Shown here: piece after piece, positions 22,034 to 32,574 of the stretch | Layout of the letters: every line of letters starts with the position of its first letter | Numbering within the stretch: the first letter of the stretch is position 1 | From: Methanocellales archaeon | GTDB lineage: Archaea > Halobacteriota > UBA148 | Length of the DNA: 64,000 nucleotides | Assembly (NCBI GenBank): GCA_028715985.1 | Contig: JAQUQR010000001.1 | Location: 125,927 to 189,926 of the forward strand | Reading direction: 5' to 3' | Program-made: the position numbers and the translations under genes | The notes under the pieces: model-generated | The model's database searches: none | Told to the model about the DNA's origin: nothing | The model's input: the letters and a program-made list of their open reading frames with translations, nothing else

Positions 22034-22136
22034 CGGTATTATCCTATTTTTGTATTACTTGAAATTATGGCAACAAAAACTTTTATCCTCTTACTGTTAA
22101 GTATCTACTGTCGCTCTTTTACTGAGGTGAAATGAT

Positions 22137-23327
22137 ATGTCAAATCCTAGGCTCGAAATAGCGAAGAAGCACATATTTTCAACTGGTTTAGAGGATATAG
22201 GCTCTTCACTCTGCAGGGAAAACATGAAATATGGAATTGCGAAGATTCACTGGATACAAGAACAATTGGGTATGGAGTCTAACGCTATCTTTCTCTCAGG
22301 TCCAGATGAAACTGTCACCAAGAACAAAATGAGATGGACCAATGGTTTTGGTTATGGGGGCAAGATCTCGTGGGGTGATGGGACCTCTAAGGCAATAATC
22401 TTGGATGTGATGCCGAATGCCTGCGGTATGCTTGTCGGAGGCATGGATGAACTGCCACAGCCTGGCAGTCTCATAGAGCGAATCAATGATATAGAGACCA
22501 AGGAATCATATATCGATGATGTCCAAGTAAAATGGGATTTTAGTCAAAGCAACCATTTTATTGATGTATTCAAGGTCGTAAGATTAGCCGACATAGATTT
22601 TCCTGATTATGCGTTTATTATCCATAGTGGGGCGCCAGAATTAAAGGGCGACAATGTTAAGGGATTTGGGCTTTATGTTCATAAAAGTGAGATACTAAGT
22701 GAAATGGCAGAGACGATAGAAACACCATTTGGAAGGTCAAACGTAATTCTCGATAATGATGCGACAGAATATTTACGCTTCTTTCATTTTGCAGATAATT
22801 TTTCCAAGAAAAAGAGAAGGTTAGCAGCAAAAATGTTATTTGAAGATTTTGAGGAGATATCAAATCCATTACATCAGGGGTTATTGAACTATAATGAGAT
22901 TATTTTGGGCTCACATTACATAAAAGACGAGAGAGGGTCCCTGTTCCCCATAGCCCTGAGAGCAGATCTGCCCGCATATTTGATAAAGGGCAAAGAGAAT
23001 CTCTCTGATGAAATGATTGAAATTCTAGGTTTTTCCAAGAGGGCGAAAACTTTGGGCGTTTATTCATCTTTAAAAAATGCGAATATTTTACCCCATGGAG
23101 GAGGATATACGTTTAGAGACCTGCTCACGGTGACAAATGTAATTGAAGTAAAAGGTGAGAGATACTTTGAGGTTGAGATGCACAATGCTATAGGGCATAA
23201 AATATTTAGTAATCCCAAAGACATCGAGTTTATTTATAGGGGTAGGGAAGTCGTGATTAAAACACTTGAATTAGGTCTTGGAGAACTGGCAGCAAGACTT
23301 ATACCCGAATATGTGTTAAAAGTTTAA
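22137..23327 (+). CDS. Divergent RtcB-family paralog (RtcB-like protein).
   Basis: Shares the metal-ligand motif series with the bona fide RtcB at 59449: GFGYG...DVMPNACG, SNHF, IHSG, SHY and PHGGG. It is shorter, at 396 aa. Confidence 0.5.
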   Translation: MSNPRLEIAKKHIFSTGLEDIGSSLCRENMKYGIAKIHWIQEQLGMESNAIFLSGPDETVTKNKMRWTNGFGYGGKISWGDGTSKAIILDVMPNACGMLVGGMDELPQPGSLIERINDIETKESYIDDVQVKWDFSQSNHFIDVFKVVRLADIDFPDYAFIIHSGAPELKGDNVKGFGLYVHKSEILSEMAETIETPFGRSNVILDNDATEYLRFFHFADNFSKKKRRLAAKMLFEDFEEISNPLHQGLLNYNEIILGSHYIKDERGSLFPIALRADLPAYLIKGKENLSDEMIEILGFSKRAKTLGVYSSLKNANILPHGGGYTFRDLLTVTNVIEVKGERYFEVEMHNAIGHKIFSNPKDIEFIYRGREVVIKTLELGLGELAARLIPEYVLKV

Positions 23328-24304
23328 TATGTGCGAGTAATCATGTAATCTGCCAACTCCATTAATAACTCCTTTGCAGTGGAATCTGGCAACACATCCA
23401 ACTTGGATTTCCCCTGTTCCACTAATTCAAATGCCTTCTCCATCGCATAATCGATTGATCCAACATCAATTAATTGTTGAACTGCATCGTCGATCTCTTC
23501 TCTGGAAGAGTCTCTGCTAAGTGCATCCAATTTAACGCCTTTTGTGAGCGCATGGATCATTATCAATGTCTTTTTTCCTTCCATAAGGTCATTACCTCTC
23601 CTTTTTCCAAGTCGCACTTCTGGTGTGATCAAATCTAACACATCATCACGTATTTGAAATCCAACTCCAATTGTGCTTTCTGCTTGCCATAATGCGTCCG
23701 CGATCTCAGGGGTTGCACCACCGAACAAGCTGCCAATCATGGCAGATGTTGCAAATAGGACGCTTGTCTTCTTTTGGACCATCTTGAGGTATTCGCCCTC
23801 ACTAACAGAGCTTCGTTTCGCGAGTTCCATATCCATCCATTGACCTTCACAAATATCCGTACATGTTTTCGAGAGAATGCACAGACAGCGTTTTACTATC
23901 TTTGGCGGAGCATCGACGTTTGTTATGATCTCGAATGCCTTCGAATAGAGCGTATTTCCTGCTAGTATCGCTGCTGGCAATCCCCATTTTACATGAACTG
24001 TTGGATTGCCTCTTCGTATTTCGTCTTGGTCCATGATATCGTCGTGAATAAGCGTGAAATTATGAATGAGCTCTATGGAAACTGCTGCAGGAAGGACTTT
24101 TTTTACGTCACCACCGACCGACTCAGCTGCTAGCATCAACATCGCAGGACGAATTCGTTTGCCTCCGGCGTCAACTAAATATCGAGCTGCTTGATAAAGC
24201 CCCTCAGGATGGATGATGGGCAATAGTTGCCCTATGGCCTCATCTACCATCTTCCCCCTTTTTTTGATTTCATCGAGTATATGCATGAACATCACCTGAG
24301 ACAA
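23324..24304 (-). CDS. idsA: Geranylgeranyl diphosphate synthase (polyprenyl synthetase).
   Basis: LIHDDIMD and DDxxD motifs. Confidence 0.8.
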   Translation of the reverse strand: MSQVMFMHILDEIKKRGKMVDEAIGQLLPIIHPEGLYQAARYLVDAGGKRIRPAMLMLAAESVGGDVKKVLPAAVSIELIHNFTLIHDDIMDQDEIRRGNPTVHVKWGLPAAILAGNTLYSKAFEIITNVDAPPKIVKRCLCILSKTCTDICEGQWMDMELAKRSSVSEGEYLKMVQKKTSVLFATSAMIGSLFGGATPEIADALWQAESTIGVGFQIRDDVLDLITPEVRLGKRRGNDLMEGKKTLIMIHALTKGVKLDALSRDSSREEIDDAVQQLIDVGSIDYAMEKAFELVEQGKSKLDVLPDSTAKELLMELADYMITRTY

Positions 24305-25632
24305 AGCTCTTGTCCATTGCGTAAAACATGCACGGTATCTCCTAATACGTAGCCCGCCTCTTCCGCCAATTCTGCATATGCTGAAGTCATACTAAGTTCT
24401 CCATGGGAAGGTATGACTTGTTCGGGATTGACCATTCTGAGTAACTCCCAGTGATCCTCTCTGGATGCATGTCCAGAAACGTGCACGTCATCATATATCC
24501 TAACGCCTTTCATTTGTAGCTTGGTCTCGATAATATATCTGTTAGCGGCACTAAGTGGATTTGGTATCACGTTCGCTGAGAATATGACCTTATCTCCCCT
24601 CTCGATCTCATAGGGGGTTGAATCATTCGCTATTCTGGAGAGGACAGCACCGGGCTCTCCTTGGTGCCCAGTCAGGATCATCAAGTATTCCTCCTTGCCC
24701 TCTGTCATGACCCTTTTAAGAGCTTTGTCGATCGATCTTCTGCTCCCACGCACCTCTGCAGAGAAATCAATGTATCCTAACCGCTTTGCAGCTTCAGAAT
24801 ACCTTTCCATGGATCTGCCAAGTAATATTGGGCGTCTTCCCATTTTATTGGCTGCTTCAACTATCGTTTTGATTCGTGCGATATGTGATGAGAACGTCGT
24901 TACAAGCACACCTGATTTTGTTTCTTCAGTGCCTACCAGCACATCAGTGACCAAATCACGCGCGATCTGCTCCGATGGAGTCTTGCCAGACCGCTGAACA
25001 TTGGTGCTCTCGGCGATCATGGCAACTACGCCCTCCTTCCCCAAACTTTTTAACCGATCAAAGTCGGGCGCATCTCCGAGAACAGGCGTTCTATCGAGCT
25101 TAAAGTCGTTGGCATATAGGATTATTCCCTGTGGGGTGTGGATCGCAGCAAATACGCAATCGATTATGCTATGCTGTCCTCCAATAAACTCGACCGAAAT
25201 ATCCTCTGTGATGGGGTAAGTCTCACCGGCATTTAGTATGCGCAGTTCATTTTCCACACCGAACTTCATCTCTGAGGAGATCTCTTGTGATATTAGTTCC
25301 ATTGTGAAAGGCGTGCTTATGATGGGGGCACTATATCGATGCGCTAGTTTTGGGATCGCACCTATGTGGTCCAAATGGCCATGTGTGCAGACAATAGCTT
25401 TGACGGTGCCCTCGATATTATTCATTATCGTATCATCTGGTATGGCGCCCGCCCTGATAAGGTCTAATGAGTGCATTTTTTCCGTCTCCGCATCTTCATG
25501 AATTTGAACCCTGTCAAGGCGAAGGCCCATATCCATTATTACTATTTCCTTTCCATACCGTATCGCAGTCATGTTTCTTCCAACTTCGTCATATCCTCCG
25601 ACTGCAATTATCCCTATATCTGTATCTGTCAT
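24292..25632 (-). CDS. Archaeal RNase J (metallo-beta-lactamase / beta-CASP ribonuclease).
   Basis: HxHxDH motif (THGHLDHIG), about 446 aa, conserved position inside the mevalonate gene cluster. Confidence 0.8.
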   Translation of the reverse strand: MTDTDIGIIAVGGYDEVGRNMTAIRYGKEIVIMDMGLRLDRVQIHEDAETEKMHSLDLIRAGAIPDDTIMNNIEGTVKAIVCTHGHLDHIGAIPKLAHRYSAPIISTPFTMELISQEISSEMKFGVENELRILNAGETYPITEDISVEFIGGQHSIIDCVFAAIHTPQGIILYANDFKLDRTPVLGDAPDFDRLKSLGKEGVVAMIAESTNVQRSGKTPSEQIARDLVTDVLVGTEETKSGVLVTTFSSHIARIKTIVEAANKMGRRPILLGRSMERYSEAAKRLGYIDFSAEVRGSRRSIDKALKRVMTEGKEEYLMILTGHQGEPGAVLSRIANDSTPYEIERGDKVIFSANVIPNPLSAANRYIIETKLQMKGVRIYDDVHVSGHASREDHWELLRMVNPEQVIPSHGELSMTSAYAELAEEAGYVLGDTVHVLRNGQELCLR

Positions 25633-26741
25633 CTTGAAAACCTCGCCGTATCAAATCCTCTTTGTTCTAGATACTCCCTCGTCTCACCCGTTATGATGAG
25701 TTGAGCGTTGCCTAAATCTTCTATGAAAGGACAACCCGTTAGAAACATCGCTACCCTCAGCTCCTCTGTCATCCTTTTAAGTACATCAACTACCTCTTGC
25801 CTACCTTTCAGGGCAGGCCCCACCAAGGGCAGTGCAACCCCACAAAGAGAGGCTCCAAGAGTAATACACTTTGCCATGTGTATACCATTGCGTATGCCAC
25901 CAGTTGCAATGATCGGAACGCCAACAGATGATTCGACGATGCTGATGGCTGTGGGAATGCCCCAGTTCCAGAACAATTTGCCCAGATGTTCTGATATTTT
26001 ATCTCCTTCTGCCCTTGCTCGATAGGCCTCTACACCTGCCCAGGAAGTACCTCCAAGCCCTCCAACGTCTATCGCAGCAGCACCCGCCTCTTTTAATGCT
26101 ACTGCAACGGCATGTGATATTCCCGCACCAGTCTCTTTTACTATCACCGGGACGCTAACTTCATCGCATATTGCACGAATCGCTTTAATGCAATTTCTGG
26201 CATCAACCTCCCCTTCTGGTTGAATTGCCTCCTGCAAAAAGTTCAGGTGAACTGATAAGGCATCTGCATCGATCATTTCTATCGCTCGTTCGATCTCGCT
26301 TATGCCATATTCCTTCAGCTGGGCGGCACCTATATTTGCGTAGATGAATGCATTTGGCGCGATATCTCTGACGACACGAAACGAATCCTCTTGCTTGGGA
26401 TCCTCTAAAGCTGCCCTTTGGCTGCCCACCCCTATACCAATACCAAGCTCCTCTGCCGCTCCTGCTAGTGCCTCATTCACATTCTTTGTTTCAGGATGCC
26501 CGCCTGTCATGGATGCGATCATAATAGGCGCTTTAAAATGCTTGCCAAGAAAGACGGTGCTTAGGTCAATTTTTTCCATGTGAATCTCCGGTAACGCCTT
26601 ATTGACTAACATAATATCCTCAAATCCACTAGGGGATGATTCAACATCCTTCTCTGCACAAAGCCGCAGATGTTCGATCTTTCTGCTAGGTATGTCCAGA
26701 TCAATCACCTCTAATAATGGTACCGAAATTTCTTTCACCAC
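25629..26741 (-). CDS. fni: Isopentenyl-diphosphate delta-isomerase type 2 (FMN-dependent).
   Basis: TIM-barrel FMN-binding IDI-2 family, located in the mevalonate operon. Confidence 0.8.
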   Translation of the reverse strand: MVKEISVPLLEVIDLDIPSRKIEHLRLCAEKDVESSPSGFEDIMLVNKALPEIHMEKIDLSTVFLGKHFKAPIMIASMTGGHPETKNVNEALAGAAEELGIGIGVGSQRAALEDPKQEDSFRVVRDIAPNAFIYANIGAAQLKEYGISEIERAIEMIDADALSVHLNFLQEAIQPEGEVDARNCIKAIRAICDEVSVPVIVKETGAGISHAVAVALKEAGAAAIDVGGLGGTSWAGVEAYRARAEGDKISEHLGKLFWNWGIPTAISIVESSVGVPIIATGGIRNGIHMAKCITLGASLCGVALPLVGPALKGRQEVVDVLKRMTEELRVAMFLTGCPFIEDLGNAQLIITGETREYLEQRGFDTARFSR

Positions 26742-27465
26742 TTAAGAAATTCATGACAAGACCTTTTTTTGATGCATTAAATACGTGAGATGAGACCCCC
26801 TCTTCTGCCAGTTTAAACAACTCATTTGCCTTGGATGCCATGCCCCCAGTGACATCCACATCCTTGGATCCCTTTAGTAATTTTTTAACGCCGCAAAACT
26901 CTTCCGGAGTGATAACATCCATGACTTTCGTACCCTCCATTATCCCGTCAACATTGGTTCCAATGCCTACTCTCTCTGCATTTAAGCACTTGGCGACATG
27001 GGCGACTATTTGGTCGCCAGACAGTATTGCCCTCCCCCAAATCCTGTCCATTACCACATCGCCATGAAATACCGGGACTAGGTCATTTTTTAACATTAAT
27101 CTGATCTGATCTGTCATCATATTTTCTAACCGTCCCTCTCGAGAGATTGTACAGTTTAATGGGTGAACGGGCACAACAAGCATTCCATTCTCGGCCAATT
27201 TTTCGATGAACACTCTATTGAGTTCTTTTACTATATTATGAATAAGTATGGTCTCATAACCACATTTTCCGGGTACATCCAAGTCAAATCTCTTGGCTTG
27301 TGGATGCCCGAACGAGCCGGCGCCATGCACTATGATCAAGTCTCTTACATCAGCGGAGGCAATCTCTTTTGCAATTCTATTAATCTCTCCCAATTTAAGG
27401 GTTCTCTCTTTACTCCTATCAGTCAGGACGCTTCCACCGATCTTTAGTATCGTAACCTCACTCAT
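26701..27465 (-). CDS. ipk: Isopentenyl phosphate kinase.
   Basis: Amino-acid kinase fold with KIGGS N-terminal motif, adjacent to mvk. Confidence 0.8.
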   Translation of the reverse strand: MSEVTILKIGGSVLTDRSKERTLKLGEINRIAKEIASADVRDLIIVHGAGSFGHPQAKRFDLDVPGKCGYETILIHNIVKELNRVFIEKLAENGMLVVPVHPLNCTISREGRLENMMTDQIRLMLKNDLVPVFHGDVVMDRIWGRAILSGDQIVAHVAKCLNAERVGIGTNVDGIMEGTKVMDVITPEEFCGVKKLLKGSKDVDVTGGMASKANELFKLAEEGVSSHVFNASKKGLVMNFLSGERNFGTIIRGD

Positions 27466-28327
27466 GTATTACACCTGTTTCTGTTACCCTTGTATGGATT
27501 GCCATTCCACCAACGCTTTCTATGGCAGATGCGACCTCCCCCATTTTATCAAAGTCGACAAGTGCCACCATACACCCTCCCTTGCCAGCACCGGTTATCT
27601 TTGCGCCGAGAGCACCAGCTTTTCTCGCAGCATATATTTGTGCAGACAACTCAGGGCAACCCACGCCTAAGGATTCGAGCAAACCTTGATTTATATCCAT
27701 CAACTCGCCAACGTTCTTATAATCACGCTCATTTACTAAATACTCGCCCTTTCTTGCTAATTCTCCAATTGTGTGGAATATGGGCAGAATTATGGCGGGA
27801 TGCTTGTCCTTAAGTTGAGCCACCTGGGCTACGACCTCTTTTGTTGAGGAGGATAGACCCGTGTTTCCGATTACTATCCCGCAGTCCAAGCTGTTCAGTC
27901 TCCTACCAGCTGGCACAAAAAAGACACCGCCCATCGTAGAGACGAACGTGTCAGTCAAGCTTGCAGCGCCCTGTACTTCCCTTTCAACTTGGTGCCCTAA
28001 TTGTGCTATCTCCTCTTTGCTCAAACCGACGCCGAACTCCATATTTAGTGCAAACAAAGTTGCAATTGTAACAGCAGCAGAGGACCCCAGCCCAGATCCA
28101 ACGGGAATGTCAGAATGGATGTCTATGGTTACACTTTCAAATTCCACCAGATCAGAAATCTTTTTTACAGCTCCGGCTACATAAGGGCTAGTTATCTTGG
28201 ACTTTTCTCCTTCTTGAACCCTAACGCGGGTTCTCAGATCTATGGCACACGCGATAGCAGGCTCCCCGTAGACAACGGCATGTTCACCGCATAAGAATAT
28301 TTTTCCAGGTGCAGAACAAATAGCCAT
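27458..28327 (-). CDS. mvk: Mevalonate kinase.
   Basis: GHMP kinase motifs, including PxGSGLGSSAA. Confidence 0.8.
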   Translation of the reverse strand: MAICSAPGKIFLCGEHAVVYGEPAIACAIDLRTRVRVQEGEKSKITSPYVAGAVKKISDLVEFESVTIDIHSDIPVGSGLGSSAAVTIATLFALNMEFGVGLSKEEIAQLGHQVEREVQGAASLTDTFVSTMGGVFFVPAGRRLNSLDCGIVIGNTGLSSSTKEVVAQVAQLKDKHPAIILPIFHTIGELARKGEYLVNERDYKNVGELMDINQGLLESLGVGCPELSAQIYAARKAGALGAKITGAGKGGCMVALVDFDKMGEVASAIESVGGMAIHTRVTETGVIHE

Positions 28328-28334
28328 GAACTCC

Positions 28335-29159
28335 TCACAAATCTTTCAACAGATTTTTTAGCTTATCCCTGCTAAGTTTAATGAATTGGTCAGGATCGTT
28401 TGGTATCCATCCTTCGATTATCAAAAATCCCCTGTAATCATTTTTGATCAGTCTGGAAAGTACTGCCCTATAATCGATGTTACCAATTCCTATTGGCAAA
28501 TGATTATTAAAACCGATGTTGTCGCTGACGTGGACATGTTTTATGAGTGGTCCAAGCTCGTCGATAAAATCAATAATAGGTGTTCCGATTGTGTTGGCAT
28601 GTGCAACATCAAATGTCACTCGCAAATTTTTTGAACCTACATCTGCAACTATCTTGATTAGCTCTTTTGCATGTACTGCCAATGCCTTAGGCTTACTGGC
28701 AAGGTTCTCTAACCCTAGGGTCATATCGGCTTCGCTCGCATAATCTGTGATATCGATGAGAGTATCTATCATGATCTCGTATATCTTATCTCGGGGGTAC
28801 TTCCTTGATGCCACAAATCCTGGGTGTACTACAAGTATTTCTGCATTAAGGTCAGATGCAACGTCAACCGCTTCTTTTAGTTGCCGAACAACCTCAGACC
28901 TTATCCCAGGATTAAAACTGGCGATGTTAGCATCATGATAAGGTGCATGCACGGAAACGTTTAGGTCATAAGAATCCAAACTCTCCTTTATTAACCCCCG
29001 CTCCTTATCTGCGTCTTTTGTTGCCCAATTTGTGTAAAAAGGATGTTCACAGACGATCTCCACACAAGAGAATTCCATGTCGCACATGTGATCTATGGCT
29101 GCTGGAAGGTCATGATCCTTGTAGTTCCAGTAGACTGCTGTAGATGCACCAATTTTCAT
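28335..29159 (-). CDS. Sugar phosphate isomerase/epimerase (xylose isomerase-like TIM barrel).
   Basis: Xylose isomerase-like TIM-barrel (AP endonuclease family 2) resemblance. Confidence 0.55.
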   Translation of the reverse strand: MKIGASTAVYWNYKDHDLPAAIDHMCDMEFSCVEIVCEHPFYTNWATKDADKERGLIKESLDSYDLNVSVHAPYHDANIASFNPGIRSEVVRQLKEAVDVASDLNAEILVVHPGFVASRKYPRDKIYEIMIDTLIDITDYASEADMTLGLENLASKPKALAVHAKELIKIVADVGSKNLRVTFDVAHANTIGTPIIDFIDELGPLIKHVHVSDNIGFNNHLPIGIGNIDYRAVLSRLIKNDYRGFLIIEGWIPNDPDQFIKLSRDKLKNLLKDL

Positions 29160-29573
29160 GATTTACCTATACATTAAGCTTCCCAGATAAAAGTATGCGT
29201 GAAACGTGACAAAATCATGATTCTGATGCCATTTGTTTATTGTGAGTCTTATATCTCTGATCGTAGAGTCATTTAGTTATAAGTCAGATGGATACTTATG
29301 TTTCCAGATTAATGCCAGAAAAACGAAAATCAAAGTCAGCAAAGAGCCAACTCCCTAATAAATGGTTATATTCGTTTTTCATTTCATTAACATTCTCTCT
29401 TTTAAATAATGCTTTCTATTATGTGGGGCGGTTTCAATAAATATATGCTATTTCAAGTTTGATATTTTCGTTTATATTCCAGAGGCCTCTCACGTTTTAT
29501 CTGGGCAAACTAGTTGGTTCAACTTTTAATTTAATCATCAGCTATATAAGTGATTAGGCATTACCTTTGAAGA

Positions 29574-30512
29574 ATGATGCAACTCCTACTATATTCCGCT
29601 ATATTCATAATCGGTATAATTTTCCTCTGCAAGGGTGCAGAAATTTTGGTAGACGGCGCATCAAAAACTGCTGCCGAATTAGGCGTATCTCCTCTCATCA
29701 TATCCCTAACAATCGTAGCATATGGGACCTCTGCACCAGAATCTTTTGTATCTTTTTTGGCTGCTTTGGAAGGCTACGAAAGTATAGCCATAGGTAATGT
29801 GCTAGGGTCTTGCATCGCAAATTTGCTTCTTGTTTTAGGCATAAGTGCATTAGTGAGACCACTAAAGGTTAAGAGGGTCATCATCAAAAGAGAGATGCCG
29901 ATCATGTTGGGGGTGATATCCCTGTTCATGGTGGTCTCAATCAGGGGCGCACTCAATTGGATCGGTGGAATTATACTTTTAGTTGTGTTTGTTTTATATT
30001 TGTATCTCTTCGTAGGATTGGCTAAAAAGGAGACCGGTAATGCTCGAGAAAATGGGAAACAAAAAAATGGCATCTCCAAAAATATTTTGTTTATTATCGT
30101 GGGTACAATGGTGATAATCGTGAGTGCAGAACTTCTTGTTAGGTCATCTATTTTTATTGGAAATGCTCTAGCAATACCGAATGTTGTACTGGCATTATCC
30201 GTAGTAGCAGTTGGTACCTCTTTACCAGAATTGGCTGTCTCTTCTGTTGCCTCCTATAAAAGAGAGGCAGACATCTCCATAGGTAATTTGATTGGATCCA
30301 ACATATTTAACATAACACTTATATTGGGCGTCTGTTCATTGGTCTTGCCAATTCAAATAGAAATGATTTCTTGGCTTGCAACTATATTTTTGATCTTTAT
30401 GTGTTTAGTTATTATTCTTATGTTATACACGGGCTCCTCTATTTCCAGAAGGGAAGGGGCGGTATTGTTGGCTGCATATTGTTTATATATTTTTTATATC
30501 TTTTCTATGTAA
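29574..30512 (+). CDS. Ca2+/Na+ antiporter (CaCA family, YrbG-like).
   Basis: Two alpha-repeat motifs (GNVLGSCIANLL and GNLIGSNIFNI). Confidence 0.8.
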   Translation: MMQLLLYSAIFIIGIIFLCKGAEILVDGASKTAAELGVSPLIISLTIVAYGTSAPESFVSFLAALEGYESIAIGNVLGSCIANLLLVLGISALVRPLKVKRVIIKREMPIMLGVISLFMVVSIRGALNWIGGIILLVVFVLYLYLFVGLAKKETGNARENGKQKNGISKNILFIIVGTMVIIVSAELLVRSSIFIGNALAIPNVVLALSVVAVGTSLPELAVSSVASYKREADISIGNLIGSNIFNITLILGVCSLVLPIQIEMISWLATIFLIFMCLVIILMLYTGSSISRREGAVLLAAYCLYIFYIFSM

Positions 30513-30643
30513 TGTAAAAGAGTGTTACCTTAAGAGTCTTGTTGCGAAGGTAATGGCAAATATTCCGAGGGCAAACTTAAATATCATATGTTGACATCCT
30601 ATCTACCAAATTTAATTGTGAACTATAAAAAGGTTAAAAAGAA

Positions 30644-31615
30644 ATGGTGGATTTCTGGATCGTTATTGGAATAATTTGTCTGATTTTTCTGGTGATGTTC
30701 TCTGCATTTTTCTCAGCGGCAGAGATGGCTCTTATGACAATAAGTAAAATAAGGATAAGACATAATGCAAAAAAAGGAGACAAGCGTGCACTAATAATCG
30801 AAAAACTCCTAAAAGAGCCTCACAAACTCGTTACAGGGATAGTCGTGGGAAATAATTTTGTGAATGTGCTCGCTTCAATAATTGCAGGTACGATTACGCT
30901 AAGAATTTTTGGTAATATGGGCATTGCAATCGCTACCTTGGGCATGACGTTCCTTCTACTTTTATTTGGTGAAATCACCCCTAAAGCACTTGCGATGAGA
31001 AACGAGAAAATAGCTCTAAGATTTGCTTTGCCAGTAAAGTTTGTCATACGTTTTCTCTCTCCAGTGGCTTCAGGATTTACATTTTTGTCAAATAACCTCA
31101 TTAGGGCTTTTGGCAGGGAGCTGCCCTCGCAGAAGCTCACAATCACCGAGGAGGAGCTGAGAACTATTCTGGAAGTGGCAGAAGACCTCGGCACTATAAA
31201 AAGGAGCGAACGCGAAATGGTCCATGAGGTTTTTGAGCTGGACCAGATTTCTCTTGGGCAGATAATGGTGCCCAAAGATAGAATTATTTCCATTGAAGAG
31301 CTTGAGAGCATAGAACACTTTTTAGAGCGTGCAGGCAAAGCCGGCGTCTCCAAAATGCCAGTCTATCGCAACGACAATATAGTTGGAGTCGCCAATATAA
31401 AAGACGCTTTGAAATATAAAAATAGGGATACCAAGATAAAGCAAATTATGAAGCCTATTTTCAAGCTTAAAGCGTATGAGCGAGCTGATGCAGCACTTAG
31501 GAAAATGCAAAAAGCCAGAGAGCATCTTGCCATTGTAGTGGATGAAAAAGACCAATTGCTGGGCCTGCTAACCATAGAAGATTTGGTTGAAGAAATCGTG
31601 GGAGAGATTGAGTAG
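30644..31615 (+). CDS. CNNM/CorC-type transporter (DUF21 plus CBS pair).
   Basis: N-terminal DUF21 TM domain followed by tandem CBS domains. Confidence 0.7.
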   Translation: MVDFWIVIGIICLIFLVMFSAFFSAAEMALMTISKIRIRHNAKKGDKRALIIEKLLKEPHKLVTGIVVGNNFVNVLASIIAGTITLRIFGNMGIAIATLGMTFLLLLFGEITPKALAMRNEKIALRFALPVKFVIRFLSPVASGFTFLSNNLIRAFGRELPSQKLTITEEELRTILEVAEDLGTIKRSEREMVHEVFELDQISLGQIMVPKDRIISIEELESIEHFLERAGKAGVSKMPVYRNDNIVGVANIKDALKYKNRDTKIKQIMKPIFKLKAYERADAALRKMQKAREHLAIVVDEKDQLLGLLTIEDLVEEIVGEIE

Positions 31616-31716
31616 CTCTAAAACTGAAATCCTAGTTATTTATTGTTATTTATAAATTGAAGTTTTTACATCGCTATTAAATGAAACGACATTGCAAAAA
31701 AAAATGAGTGACATAC

Positions 31717-32574
31717 TCACTTTTTTCCATAAATAATTCCTATCTTTCCAAGCATCCAGGGCAAGCGAAGTAATCGTGGAATCTTGACTAACTTTGAGGT
31801 GTTGGTAAAATGCACTTCTTCAATGTTCCAGCTACCGATGACCTTAAGAAGATCATCCACTTTTCCATAGAATTTCCCGATTAGGAACAAATCTTGAAAT
31901 GAGAACGCACCGCCTTTTCGAACAACTCTAAGAGACTCTTGGATCAGCTCTCGTTTATCTTTGGCGTCTCTGACCTCGTGGAAGACGAAATTGCTCACCG
32001 CAGCATCGAATTCCCCATCATTGAACGGCAGACTGGCTGCACTTGCTTTTTTGAATATAACTCTATCGCTAACTTCCTCAATAACCGCATTTTTTTCGCA
32101 CATCTTTTTTGTATAGCCCCAATTTTTTCCCCAATAATCAATTCCCATGACTTTTACATTAGGATACTTCTTGGCGATACTAATTGCCAATGCCCCAGAG
32201 CCCGTGCCAATGTCCAGAGCTTTCCCTTGACCATCCCAGGTTAGTTTGTCCATCACGAGATCGATTATCTTTTTCTGGAACGCTCCATCATTTCTGCCGA
32301 ACACATGGTGAGCATAATAAAAATATAGAAAGATTAACAAGAAAATTGCTGAGAGACACCCAAGAATACTCCGAACAATTATGTGAACAGGTAAAAACGA
32401 GGCTACACCGAAAAGTAATGTGAGCCCGAGAAAAGTGATCAACATTCTCTTTGAAACCCAATTCCCATAACCTACCTTTTTATTGTTCATTTTGTTCAGC
32501 TCTTTATCTTTAATTATATACAAATGCTTTTTGATAAATGCCGATGCTTGACGATTCTTCACATGATTTTGCAT
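31717..32574 (-). CDS. Membrane-anchored class I SAM-dependent methyltransferase.
   Basis: Two N-terminal TM helices, then LDIGTGSGALAI motif I and an acidic motif II. Confidence 0.65.
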   Translation of the reverse strand: MQNHVKNRQASAFIKKHLYIIKDKELNKMNNKKVGYGNWVSKRMLITFLGLTLLFGVASFLPVHIIVRSILGCLSAIFLLIFLYFYYAHHVFGRNDGAFQKKIIDLVMDKLTWDGQGKALDIGTGSGALAISIAKKYPNVKVMGIDYWGKNWGYTKKMCEKNAVIEEVSDRVIFKKASAASLPFNDGEFDAAVSNFVFHEVRDAKDKRELIQESLRVVRKGGAFSFQDLFLIGKFYGKVDDLLKVIGSWNIEEVHFTNTSKLVKIPRLLRLPWMLGKIGIIYGKK

